A stretch of 64,000 bases of DNA. Source: Octopus vulgaris (Eukaryota). This document shows, in pieces, positions 13,201 through 24,546 of this stretch. The notes beneath the pieces are model-generated. The model saw nothing but the letters and a program-made list of their open reading frames with translations. It made no database searches and was not told the origin of the DNA. The translations under genes were made by a program, and so were the position numbers. The stretch covers positions 53,816,001 to 53,880,000 of the forward strand of contig OX597815.1 in assembly GCA_951406725.2 (NCBI GenBank). Reading direction: 5' to 3'. The first letter of the stretch is position 1; each line of letters begins with the position of its first letter.

Positions 13201-14820
13201 GAAATGCTCATTAATAGCTTTCTTTGATTGTAGGAAAGACGGACTGCTTGTGACAATGCTTGTCTCAGCATAGCATAAAGAAGAATTTCTACTATTATTG
13301 TCTCTTGAATCTTTAGTATATTCTGGGCTGGTTGATTTAGTAGTTTCGTGTCTCTCTGGGGAGATTTGAGATGATTTGTAAGGGTAGATTGGGGCTCCAG
13401 GAAGTGGTATAATCGGACGAGCACCCATACTCATTCTGAATGCTGATTTTGAAAAATGTTCTTCCATTAGCTTCCTAGACTCCAAAAAAGAGGCACTACG
13501 ATTTACAACTGACTCTTCATTAGAGCCCATACTGTGTGTTTCTTTAATTCCAACGCTTGGTTCCCGAACATCTTTTCTCTCCTGTGGGTTTAATTTTGTG
13601 TTGAGTTTTTGAACTAACTCTGAATGTAATGCCTGAACATTAACAGGCAAATTGCTAAGTTCGTTTGACTTCGAATTATTTAGTGAACTGTAGTCAGATC
13701 TTTTATTCAGAATCGAATTTTGCGAAACATTCTTCATTGACGCTGTTTCATGGGAAGAATCTTTCAAAAACATACAATTCTTTTCTTTCTCTTTTACCGA
13801 GGTGATAATAATTAATTCTTCTTCACCAAGATAGTCAAGTGAGTCACTCCGTTGACGTCCCAAGGCTAACGTGACAGATGGCTGGGTGTTTGCTGGACGG
13901 TTACCATGACTGTGTTTACTGTTAATATCTACTTCTTGTCTATTCACGCCGTTTTTACATTTCCGATCAAAAGAAGACAAACTCTTTGGATACTTATTGT
14001 CTGAAGACTTTAATGTATTTTGCGAGAGTTTGTGCGGTAAGATATTGATATCATTGGTTTTGTTTTTACATGTGCTACTTGTCTCTTGGTTGTTCAGTTG
14101 TGATTCTTTAATGTAAGATTCTTTACAATTTTCAAAGATATTAATATCCTCAAATGATGGTATATTCATGTTCTTTACTTCAATATTGTTTACGCTCCTT
14201 GTTTCGCTCGAGCTATTTACTTGCTTGTTAGATTTATCAAACAGTTCGTGGAACTCTTCTGCACTCACATAATGACTCTGACCATATTGGTCTTTATAAA
14301 TATAATAACCTCCTTCCGATTCTTCATATTCATAACTAGCATTGTCGTAACCAGTGACAACACCTTTCTTTAACCTGCATCTATATCTCGCAGCGTTTCC
14401 TTCCTTTTGACTGGGACTTGCTTTAGATGGAATCGTGATAATTACTTCACCCTCATTATCTTCTTCTTCTTCTTCTTCTTCTTCTTCTTCTTCTTCCTCG
14501 TGTTTCCTTCCTTCCTCCTGTTCCTCTTCCGCACACCTCGGTGTGGCTTCTGTATGTACCGAGGCCCATTTGTGCGTGTAAGCCTCAGGAGATGGTGTTT
14601 GTTCCTCACCTTTCTGGGAAGGTTCGAACTGCTTCTCGTTCACCGCTGATCTTTGTGGTGTTTCTATTCCTTCTTCAGCCAATTCTTTTACATCTGGCAG
14701 TTTATGTGATCCACGTGAGCAAATAAATTCCAAAATAAGTTTATTCACTTTGTCCGGCGCTTCCAACATAACCATATGGCTAGCCTCATCTACTATTTCC
14801 AGCTTCGATCCGTGGATAGT
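10264..14820 (-). CDS. ABHD8: ABHD8-like hydrolase, terminal coding exon: catalytic His segment plus ~1,480-aa disordered extension
   Basis: attttag acceptor (AG at 14822-14821), phase 0 matching the previous donor. Starts TIHGSKLEIVDEASHMVMLEAPDKVNKLILEFI (ABHD8: ..EGSHMVMLECPETVN.LL.EFL) and stays open for 1,518 codons to TGA at 10266-10264. Confidence 0.88.
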   Translation of the reverse strand, partial: TIHGSKLEIVDEASHMVMLEAPDKVNKLILEFICSRGSHKLPDVKELAEEGIETPQRSAVNEKQFEPSQKGEEQTPSPEAYTHKWASVHTEATPRCAEEEQEEGRKHEEEEEEEEEEEEEDNEGEVIITIPSKASPSQKEGNAARYRCRLKKGVVTGYDNASYEYEESEGGYYIYKDQYGQSHYVSAEEFHELFDKSNKQVNSSSETRSVNNIEVKNMNIPSFEDINIFENCKESYIKESQLNNQETSSTCKNKTNDINILPHKLSQNTLKSSDNKYPKSLSSFDRKCKNGVNRQEVDINSKHSHGNRPANTQPSVTLALGRQRSDSLDYLGEEELIIITSVKEKEKNCMFLKDSSHETASMKNVSQNSILNKRSDYSSLNNSKSNELSNLPVNVQALHSELVQKLNTKLNPQERKDVREPSVGIKETHSMGSNEESVVNRSASFLESRKLMEEHFSKSAFRMSMGARPIIPLPGAPIYPYKSSQISPERHETTKSTSPEYTKDSRDNNSRNSSLCYAETSIVTSSPSFLQSKKAINEHFSKIGLRSPQFSSTPLSESKNSRTSSGSNILPRINSRKESKDIRLSPNKIQPKQEKTYTDTPNSPSKTSLSVSEWAERHLQTISEIVLPGGVNSTEGSPQISPKASSLTSDKESKTEKQMSLKDWAEKHLKLISEFITPPVTPVKSNSRNNCESSNDDNDSEKIENRLPLSQWAEKHVKLISEGKSDIASSRNIPVDTLGNVNNVQFENNTSKTLNVSEWAERHARRVSSMASNSPIASEPDVERKTIEGRKQEQQSIQNKLSVSEWAERHARRVSSMVSNSPIASEPDVERKRMEKRKQEHQCIQNKLSVSEWAERHARKISSMTSNVTTNPILDSPQNNDESKKKYKPTSTVKIAESNISIKNWAEKHVNIISEMNSNLNSGSRRNSFQINSLSGENTFNSSKVSEDHPKLEHKNRSLASDTQTPFADNRILNMNLQISSPNDAHSPNHQGNVSKEDKLELQKYEENQIDTHSIGDLPEETEDCESITSKSTETRAMDKVDIKFKDVIDETDKNELIIQDKQTYVIDSDNKEMENVNDSELNPDVHNKKEGIEFMEAKSPRQKLQDASTDCSEICEVDEIPHLSNTDLNRWAERHFEKILGAHTQSDSQKQISSQVQQDIFEGDKRRNRKAHLDKKANEHRRSEIISESSQAETIQNIDNKSMTKKSDSKPPESESDSSSDICFESCYEHFPESPTNSQTNDLCSQSFVIDTDDMVSAADNSLTSDILGQRFVFDDNSNVVDSDTDMYSDQFNLEEISVKSHEPDSSMTHDSNLISKYESFTNQQSSNSTTSVLHSTCNQLNLSENTLASSKLQTLDSEDTQSQLEIETTEILLTEGTVFHLSKNNSSPTSPSTHIASHSLTDVDNSNITHRKHKPSFDSSLNNSVSPKCQAISSSNNNEDTTDIIQCQTLSLREENVLETDNDNNLINNPENKVKFDDVKVTAAITASTSAVECSIKPITTNDGLPRLKSFHMNVL

Positions 14821-15489
14821 CTAAAATAGTGATAAAAGAAACGATGGCATTATAAATATTTTTAACAATGATTGACGAACATAGAAAACAATTACTTATT
14901 CAAATATATCGATTAATTCGAAGCATTGGAATGGTTGACAAGAAAACGCTTCCCATTAATTTTCAAGAGAAACGTTTGGTGAAGTATTTCCTAAAGAGCA
15001 TGTTGACGAATTGATATTTGTATTTTTTATTATATATTTCACTGGATGATTTAATAATTTTTGGAAGTGCACATAAACGAAATCATAACTAGATTAGGTA
15101 GGTAAACGCCTTCTATTTTTAACAAGAGAGACGTAAAACAGTAAGTAAACTACATCACAAGATACTATAACAGTTAACGATATATTACAAGTTAACTGAC
15201 ATAAAAAGATATTATACATCAAGTATCATAATAATATACAATAAGTAATATATCTTAAAACATATTTGGGAAAGTAGTGTAATAAAGTATTCCATAGATA
15301 TTTCTCATGTGTTGATCCCTGCCCTAGCATGTAACTGTCAATTTTAAGACTTACATTTAAAGATAAAATTTCAGCAGATGTTTTATCTATTTGTGATCAA
15401 GAGTCCTTATTCAACAATATTACTCGAAATATTTTCGCTGTACTTACTCAATTAAAATCTATAGTCAGTTTATATAGAAAAATACCCAC

Positions 15490-15697
15490 CGCTTTCATTA
15501 GCTTAGCATCCTCTAATGTGGCAAAAGTATCATCTCGACCGTTTATAAGTAGTGTGGGGACGCTAATCCAACTGTGATAGACTTCATCGCCTTCGGGCCA
15601 GTCTTGACCATTGATGACATAATGCAGAACAAAAGACGGTATGTTAAAGGAAGCCCTCTTCAACATCTCGTTTTTTTGTTTGGTCTTGAATGCTGAC
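15490..15697 (-). CDS. ABHD8: ABHD8-like hydrolase, penultimate coding exon (catalytic Asp region)
   Basis: tttgtag acceptor, gtgggt donor, 208 bp. The first G completes the AA from the previous exon (Lys, phase 2 matches). It then reads SAFKTKQKNEMLKRASFNIPSFVLHYVINGQDWPEGDEVYHSWISVPTLLINGRDDTFATLEDAKLMKA. WPEGDEVYH and VP.LL..G..D match recalled ABHD8. Confidence 0.92.
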
Positions 15698-15809
15698 CTA
15701 CAAAAGTAAAATAAGGATAAAAGGAAATCATTTGAAAGCGTGTTTAATGTTTGAACCATGAAAAAGTGAAACTAAGATCGAATATGCGATGAAAAGAGAA
15801 GACCTACTA

Positions 15810-16012
15810 TAGGTGCAAAGCATGAAATTTTGGGATAAGTAGGAAGTCGATTACATCAACCCCAGTGTTCAACTGGACCTTATTTTACTGAACCTGTCAG
15901 AATAAATGGTGAGGTCGACCTCAGCAACATATAAACTCAGAACGCAAAACATGAAGAAATGTGACTAAACATTTTTCTCCGGCGCGGTAACAACTCAGAC
16001 AGCTAGCCACCC
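15810..16012 (-). mobile_element. Degraded tRNA-head SINE (30142 family)
   Basis: gtcgattacatcaaccccagtgttcaactgg...ggtcgacctcagc...aactcagaacg matches the family core. Confidence 0.7.
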
Positions 16013-16411
16013 TTGAAACGAAAATATATTACTTAACAAAAATATCGTGTCAAGTGTACGAAACAACTTTGGACTGTCGATGGAGGTCGTCAGTACACGT
16101 GTAGTATTGATTTTATAATAGATATTCAGAACTGTATACATAGGGTTGTTATAAGGAGATAATTATTTTTAAATTATTTTGAAATTAAGGTAATTAATTA
16201 TCAAATAATATTTTAAATTTCAATGCTATTTCATATTCCTTGCATTAGATATTCTTTCACGCAGATGACACATCAAAAATATCGAATTTTGATATAATTA
16301 TGTATAATGAAATCTAAAGTGAACAGTTTCACAATACACATATATACATCCAAACAATCAAACGTATGAGCACACACATATACACATATACGGAAGAACA
16401 TGTATATATAT

Positions 16412-17395
16412 ACTAGCAGTATGACCCACCGTTGCCGGGTCATAGTGCTAGTGCATGTATATATGTGTATATATGTGTGTACATATTACATGTACATCTC
16501 TATATATACATCTACACATAAAATACAAAATACAAAGTTATATCTTGATATCGCTAGTGATAACAATGCTCAAAATATATAACAGACTGGAATTGTTAGC
16601 CCGTCTCTTGCAATTTCGATCAATTGTATCGTGTCCTCCCTCTTGTATAGAAGTGTGGCTACAATCCAGCCTACCTCTACTGCTATTGGGAGGGGGGCAT
16701 TTTAAATTTTTATCCGGGACGTCCTACGTCCCAGATATAAAGGTAAAAATAAAATATTTCTACTTTGCAAGTTCGAGTCGAATACTTCCTTGCACGCTCA
16801 GTTGACTCGAACCTTGGTTCTATTGTGGCGAATTTACCGCCTCTGGCTAGATATCTTTCATAGTCGCACCAAGACACTTTTCGATGGTGCTTTCCTCCAG
16901 GTGTTCAAATCTTTTTTCTCTACATTGTATACTTTATAGACAATAGTCTTTTCTTTAATTTAATTTTTTATTATCCATCTGGACTATTCCATTTCTGCAC
17001 GCTAATTTTATTTTTAATTTATTCCCATTCATGTGAAACCACTTATTCAAGTTCAAGTAATTGATGCAATTTTATACCAATTGCTATTTTTACTTTTGTT
17101 ACGTTACGATTATATTATACTTTAGTTTGATTTTAATTATTACTTACTACATATAATTCAATTGTTATTATTATTTTTATTGTTAAAGTGAAAGTATCTG
17201 ACATAAAATAGAGAATTTTTTTTTTTCATTTTTAACACATAATACTGAAATAGTGGAGAAGATATGATATTGCTATGGGCTCGCTCTAAGCAAGAAGTTG
17301 AACATTTTTTGCCCATGAAACTACATGGACCCTAAGTAAGGCATCTGTAAAATTTGAATGAAATTGGTTGTGTAGTTCTAAAGTTTTAGGGAATC
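16412..17395. mobile_element. Possible non-autonomous Helitron/Helentron-like element
   Basis: Starts ACTAGC with a 16-bp hairpin. Later contains aaatttgaatgaaattggttgtgtagtt, resembling motifs of such elements. Boundaries uncertain. Confidence 0.35.
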
Positions 17396-17593
17396 GTGGT
17401 GGAGAAGATATGATATTGATGTGGTTCTAATAGAAGATAAAGACAAGTGAGGGAATAATAGACATAGAAAAGTATTTGACGCTTAGAGCCTACGCTCTTC
17501 GACAGAAAGGGATGAAAGAAAAGAAACAGAGATAGAAAAAAGAATGCCGGTAGTAACGGTTTCACTGTGTGTCATGATGAAATATGTATGTAC

Positions 17594-17633
<40 letters not shown>

Positions 17634-17790
17634 GTAAATCTCGAACGATGAAAATAAGTGCTCAACACCGCATTGGGGGATATAATTTCTGAACATGAAA
17701 CCAATCGTAGCATTAATTTATATATACATACTCGTATATGTATATATATATATATATATATATCTATATCTATATCTATATCTATATATC

Positions 17791-17838
<48 letters not shown>

Positions 17839-19062
17839 TGTATGTATGTATGTATGTATGTATGTATATTGATTACTTGGCGGCCCATTGTTACTTGAGA
17901 TTCTTAGCAGCCTCTGGTAGCTCGGACTTCGCTTCGCCGCCATTGAAACATGGGGAACTGAGTGAATTTGAATTTTGTCCACACCTTGTAGTATGCCATT
18001 TAAAGTTCGCTCACTCTACTCGGTTTGTTTATGTCATCAAAGATATGGATGTAAACGCAACTGGATTAACTTCAGGAATTCCTTCGTATTTGTAGATTCT
18101 GAAGAGTTTATAAAATTTGAAAGAAAGAAAATAAAATTCACGAAACACGTTATTATTCACTACGACCACTTCTACCCATCGGCACCGTTGCCTTGCAGGT
18201 GAGATACTATACAAAGCGTTGCGGTACATCATAGGCACAGGTGTGTCTCCTTAGGTGATTTGTCCAAAGGTACCTGGTTTTTTTAATCCCCTTCTCTGAA
18301 TAGCCACTGCTCAATTCGTTCTTATCCCAACACGTGGAATAGTTTGGTTATCTATTACATACAATCTGATAGCGGTCTTCTTCTCTACTGCTCCGACAAT
18401 TAGATATAAGTTCGCCTTATGGTCTTTGACAGTCATCGAATCTTGAATATTTATGCAAAACAAAACTTTATTTCGTGGAAGATGCTAGCGTTTCTCAAAG
18501 TGATATTCCGACGATTTATAGCAGAACACTTCTGTTTTTCGAACCCATTGCTCTATCCACAAATTTTATCGGTTAAGTAAACACAATCACTTGTAAAATA
18601 CTTAACTCGCACTGTTTTTGAAGGAAATGATCCATGTCCAGTTTTTCTTCTTCCTCACCATGTCAGCAAAATAAGAGTTGCTGCTGATGCTTTTATTATT
18701 CACTACTATTTGTTGACATTTGAATATTTGTGTTTACAAAACTATGTATGTTCAATTGTTCGGAGACATATTCATTGGTATCACAGTTATAGAGCAAAAC
18801 GTTTCCCATTCTTACATATCTGACCAAATTCAATCACTAATAAAAATATGTTTGTAAAAATATATTGTCTAAGACTCCCATATTCCTTGATCCAAAGAGA
18901 ATGAAATATGGACGTACAAATATATGAAATTACTTTGCCAACAGTGTAAAGGTAAATCCCTTTTATCATCAAATATACATCGTAAAATCCACTTCTTTGA
19001 ATTACTGGAGCACATTTCCATTTTTTGCGAACACCATCAACAACAACAACAACAACAACAAC

Positions 19063-19123
<61 letters not shown>

Positions 19124-19128
<5 letters not shown>

Positions 19129-21637
19129 AGAAAGGATTTGGGACAGTAATAGAAGAGTTGAAACAATATATCATAACAGTAGCAGGCAAGCTCTCCATAT
19201 ATCAGAAAAGAAAAGATCAGAATCAACAGAATAGATTATTTGAGACACACCAGTGGAGATTTTATAACCAAATAAGTAGTGGAGAGTGAAGTACTGAAGA
19301 TGGGAAACATAATGGTGAAGAAGCTAGAAAGTTCTGTAGTAATATTTGAGATAAGCCAGTCAGTCATAATGGAGACTCTGTATGGTTAAAAAAGTGAGGG
19401 GAGAAGTAATGAGTGAGAAGCATCCAGATCTAAGATTAACTAGTGCTTTAATGAATAAAGCATTAGAAAAAAAATGCTGAATTGGAAGGGCCCAGGACCA
19501 GATTTAGTTCAAGGGTACTGACTAAATAAATTTAGAAGTTTACATGGGAGGTTCAAGTAGCAACTTCAAAATTGGCTTAATGAAGATTGGATGACTAGAG
19601 GGAGGACAATACTCATCATGAAAAATAAGAGCAAGGGTAATACAACTAGCAACTATAGACCAATCACATGCTTACCATTAGTGTGGAAGATGTTAACAGG
19701 AATGCTTTCAGAAAGCATTTACGAGCAACGTCACAACCAGAATTTACTGCCAGAAGAACAGAAAAGTTGCAGGAAGAAGGCTACAGGAACGCATGATCTA
19801 TTATACATAGAGAAAGCAATTCTAAATGAAGTAAAAGCTAGAAGGAAAAATCTAACAATAGCATGGACAGATTATAGGAAAGTCTATTACATGATCCCAT
19901 ACTCATAGATAAGTGAGTGTTTGAGTATATTCAGTATAGCAGACAACATAAGATAATTAATTAGCTATAACATGAAGAATAGGAAAGTAGATCTCTACTC
20001 AGGTGACACACTGTTAGGGAAAGTTAATTTCAAAAGAGACTCGTTGTCTCCTTTAATATATATCTTATGTTTGGTCGCCCTCAGTTTAATATTAAGGAAG
20101 GGAAAGGCAGGGTATCAGTTCAGAAAGAGTAATGGAAAAATTAACCATTTGCTCTGCATAGATGATCTGAAGCTTTTTGTAAGATTGAAAAAGTGATAGA
20201 TTCCTTAATACAGACTATAAGATTCTTCAGCAAAGATATAGGAATGGAAGATGGCATAGATAGGTGTGCAATATTAGTCATGAGAAGGAGATAGATAGTC
20301 AACAGCGAAGGCATCCATTTACCAGATGGTCAGAAATTAAAGTCATTGAAAGGAAGAGAGAGTTATAAGTATCTAGGAGTATCAGAATCTGACAGGGTAT
20401 TAACTACAGAAATGAAAACGAATATTGAGAAGGAGCACATCAGAAGGGTGAGGAAGCAAATGAAGTCAAAGCTAAATGGTCCGAATCTATTGAAGGCTGT
20501 AAATACCTGGGAAGTATCAATACCTAGACACTAAGCAGCTTTTGTGGACTGGACAAAAACTGAATTAGCAAAGCTAGGAGGGATTCGATATGAATGGAGG
20601 ACTCCACCAAAGAGCAGGAGTAGCAAGATTATACCTACCTAGAAAGGAAGGTGGGAAACGGTTAATATCAGTAGAAAACTGCGTGGAGTTAGCTAGAGTA
20701 AATATACATTTCTATGTAGGTAATAGTGAGGAAAGTTTATTAAAATCTGCTAGAGTCACAACAAGACATAGGGAAACCAAATACACAAACGAAGTTAAGA
20801 ACCAGAATAAAGAACAGAAATTATCTGACTGGCATAAAGCGTTCCATCGCAGATTCCCAAAGATAGTTGTAGCAAATAACAGTAGTGAGACATGGTTATG
20901 TTTGCAGAAAGGAAAGCTGAAGAGGGAGGCAGAAAGTTTGTTAGTAGCTGCACAAGATCAAGCATTAAGGACTAATTGGATAAAAGCTAAGATAGACAAA
21001 AACCAAGTAGATTCCCAATGTAGATTATGCAAATCAAAAGAGGAAAGTGTTACATAGTAAGTGAATGCAGCAGCTGGCACAGAAAGAATGCAAGAAAAGA
21101 CATGACAATCTAGTGAGAGTGATCCACTGGGAGCTATGTAGAAAGTTAGGATTTAAACATACTGAGCAATGGTATGAACACGAACCAAGTAAATTGCTAG
21201 AAAGTAAGAAATATAAGATGTTGTGGGACTTCAAAATTCAGACTGACAGAGCAATAGAAGCTAGAAGGCATGATTTGGTTGTAGTAGATAAAGAGAATAA
21301 AAAGTGCCAGATAATAGAGACAAATTATAAAGACATTAATACGAGAAGCATAGAAAAAATAGCAAAGTACCACGACCTAGCTATTGAATTACAGAGACTA
21401 TGGGAAGTGCGGGTTAAATGCATCCCAGTAGTTATAGGTGCACACGAAACTATCCCTAAAGATCTGAACAGATGGATAGAGGAAATAGACATAAATCCCA
21501 CTCTCGTACAACTCCAGAAAACAGTGTTATTAGGGACAGCTTGGATACTTAGCAGGGTTCTTGGCATCTAAGGTTCCTTGTTGTAGCACGATTTTAGGAT
21601 TTTTCTTTTCCAAATGTCTAATCTGTTTAGTATGTAT
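19124..21637 (+). mobile_element. R4/Dong-type non-LTR retrotransposon (RT + CCHC + restriction-like endonuclease), 5'-truncated, disrupted
   Basis: NYRPITCLP, INHLLCIDDLKLF, YKYLGV, CRLC zinc knuckle, RHDNLVRVIHWELC, RRHDLVVVDK, KIAKYHDL and LQKTVLLGTA. Flanked on both sides by (TAA)n. Confidence 0.9.
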
Positions 21638-21756
21638 AATAATGATGATGGTGATAATAATAATAATAATAAGGATAATAATAATAATTAGAAGAAGAAG
21701 AAGAAGAAGAAGAAGAAGAAGAAGAAGAAGAAGAAGAAGAAGAAGAAGAAGAAGAA

Positions 21757-21787
<31 letters not shown>

Positions 21788-21810
21788 AAGAAGAAGAAGA
21801 AGAAGAAGAA
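21638..21810. repeat. (AAT)n followed by (AGA)n microsatellite
   Basis: Seen directly. Confidence 0.95.
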
Positions 21811-22184
21811 TATTCTACTGAAAAAATCGAATGCAGAATGGCTGTGAAGACAGAAAATCGGCTAAACACATTTTAGAAGATGGGCAAGAGGTGGATTTAC
21901 GGCCAGCAATCCTCTGCAGAGATTCCTACTGTACTGAGAACTCTGTACCGTTAAGCTAAAAGATCCCTGAGAGCCAAAATCATCTATTTATAATGCTAAA
22001 TAATAGCTTTTGAAGACCATTTTGTAGACAAACTTATAAGCGCCGAATGAGTCAGTATACTACATAAAATAAAGGAATTCTCGAACGCAGGAAGGCTGGG
22101 AATACAGCTTATGAAGTCGGGTAAATCCCCATTAGAAGGTGGAGAAAAAGTGGCCAGCAAACCTCTACAGAGAATCGAACTCTG

Positions 22185-22400
22185 TTTCAAATTTTGGCAC
22201 AATACTAATCCTTTTTAGGGGAACTATTAATCGCTTAAATCGACTCAAGTACTTGTCTGGACTGGTACTTTCTTTTATCAGCCCCGGGAGAACAAAGGGC
22301 AAAATTGAGCTTGATGGTACTTAAACTTTGAATGTAAAATGTCGGAACAAATACTGCAAAGCATTTTACCCGACGTTTTAACAATTCAACCACTTCACTG
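22185..22400 (-). mobile_element. Degraded SINE (30142 family)
   Basis: Core similarity: tttcaaattttggcac..actggtactt..aagggcaaaattgagct..gcattttacccgacg. Confidence 0.6.
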
Positions 22401-22443
22401 CTGTTGCAATAATGAATGAATGATGATGATGATGATGATGATG

Positions 22444-22506
<63 letters not shown>

Positions 22507-22873
22507 TAATAACTATTGACAATATGCCAATTGGTATTCTTTGAAAGACTTCAAGCAAGCAGGAAATGTATTTTCTATTGGCGAGAGTCCAACAGGAGAT
22601 ATTGATTTCCTTAAATGCTTATTACAGTAAACCGTAATTTAACTTGTACGCACACACACAGATAAACATTCACACATTGTCTCTCAATCTTTCTCCTCCT
22701 CTTCCTCTCTCCCTGATATACAGAGAACGACACTCATATGCGTATATTGGATGTCATATGTTAAAAACGTGCCCTGAAATTGTGCCTTTGCATGTTAGTT
22801 GCCGCCATACTCGGTCATAAACACATCAATACACAAGCACCTATATTTAAGTGAATAAATTAGTCATACATAT

Positions 22874-22928
<55 letters not shown>

Positions 22929-23117
22929 CGCAACAACTGACATACCCACTTGATGAAACACAGATGCATAACCACAAGCAAAATGTATATAATTTAATTA
23001 ATTTATTATTGTAATTGATAGAAATATAGCGTCATTCATTAAAGATCTCCAAGGGACCAATCACTCACTGAGAGCAAGAATAACAAGGGAGGATCTATAA
23101 TTGCATCTCTATTTCAG

Positions 23118-23156
<39 letters not shown>

Positions 23157-23348
23157 GTATGTATATGTGCATGTGTTTTTTTTCAATGTGTGCAAATAAC
23201 ACGGAAAAGATATATAGTTACCAGGGTAGCAAAAATTTCACCTAAATACCATGGATGCTACAGCCTACATATAAAGCTAGAAATTCCAGGGTTTAGTGAA
23301 ATATATATAGAAATGTAGTTAAATGCAGGTGTTATTCAAATCTTTATA

Positions 23349-23435
23349 CTTCCGACATATGTTTCGAAGACAACATTGGTATTATTCCAGAGGGAATAAA
23401 AGGATGTAAAACAATGCGATCTTCTCATCAGGAAG
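23349..23435 (-). ncRNA. Type I hammerhead ribozyme motif (Penelope-associated)
   Basis: Minus strand: CTTC-CTGATGA-GAAGA...TCTTC-GAAAC-ATAT-GTC-GGAAG. The core is intact, stem II is extended, stem III is palindromic (ACATATGT) and the cleavage triplet is GUC. Stem I pairing is weak. Confidence 0.7.
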
Positions 23436-23534
23436 AAAAAGGGAAACAAAACATATCAATAAGCCATTTTAAGCGAATGTGATTACTGCGTGTATGATGA
23501 AGGGAACGCTGGCATGTTATTTAAATATATCTAT

Positions 23535-24445
23535 AGCCCATGGGAACGAGAATGGGCCCTAACCATGCGAACCTGTTCGTTAACTATGTTGAGGCCCAAA
23601 TATTCTCAAGTTTCACTGGTCCCACTCCCGAACTATACGGCCATTATATTGACGACAGTATCGGTGCGACCTCACTCTCTCGCGAACATCTAGACTTCCA
23701 CTCTTTTGTCAAATGCCCTCCATTTCTTCTGCACTATCTCTGACACTACTGTCTCCTTTCTTGACATCTCGGTCAGCATTCATCACTCCACTCTCGCCAC
23801 CGCCATCCACTACAAACACACAGACTCACACTCATACCTTAACTTCTCCTCCTCCCACTCTAAACACACGAAGCTTTCCATCCCCTATTGCCAATTCCTC
23901 CGTCTACGCAGGCTCTGCAGTGACGAACATGACTGAGAGACTCAGTTTTCACTCATGGCTCGCCACTTCATACAACGTGGATATCACCTCACCACTATCC
24001 ACATCACCCTTGCCAGAACACATTCCGTGAACCATGCAAATACTCTCTCTACCCAACCCGGATCGTTCCTCTGCTCCCGCCCACGCTGTCACACTTGCCC
24101 TTACCTCTCAAACACTACCCTCTTGCTGACCGGTTCGCGGAACACCTCCGAGACATCCGACTCGGCAATGACACTCTGGTCTCGCGCCATTTCCGCTCTA
24201 CTGGTCACTATTTGCAACACCTGTCTGTGTTCGGATTGTCCTTGCACAGGGGCCATCCGGACTCCCATTTTCGACGTGAGCAGAATTAATTTTCTCTCTT
24301 CGCTCCTTTACACCACATGAGCTCCCCTCCCCTCTCGTCTCTCCCTATCACACCTACTTCCTCCCACCAACCTCTCCTCTATTGCTCCGACTCCTACTTC
24401 TTCTCTTCTCTCCTACTACCCTCTCCCTCGCCCTTCTCCCACCAT
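23535..24445 (+). mobile_element. Penelope-like retroelement fragment (RT + GIY-YIG), frameshifted and internally deleted
   Basis: MGTRMGPNHANLF, YIDD, SFLDISVSI, YKHTDSHSYLNFSSSH, SIPYCQFLRLRRLCSD, CSRPRCHTCPY, LADRFAEHLRDI and VSRHF, with a C/T-rich tail. Confidence 0.88.
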
Positions 24446-24546
24446 CGTCTGAAACTGCACTTGCGCGGTGAATTTTGAAAAATTATAACATGGAATGATG
24501 AGGCACGTGTTATTTGTCTCTATATTATATGCTAGTTGTTAAGGTA

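Noticed and set aside
15698-15759. N-terminal part of ORF 15448-15759 (MVQTLNT..FYFCR) and its C-terminal VGIFLYK..
   Set aside because: These lie beyond the AG and GT splice sites and are intronic read-through.
17880-18700. LRFLAASG resembling Harbinger transposase, and adjacent complex sequence
   Set aside because: Single short motif; no other transposase motifs or TIRs could be read.
8082-22558. Poly-Met, poly-Asp/Ser, poly-Ile/Leu and poly-Arg ORFs
   Set aside because: Trinucleotide microsatellite artefacts with no splice or homology support.
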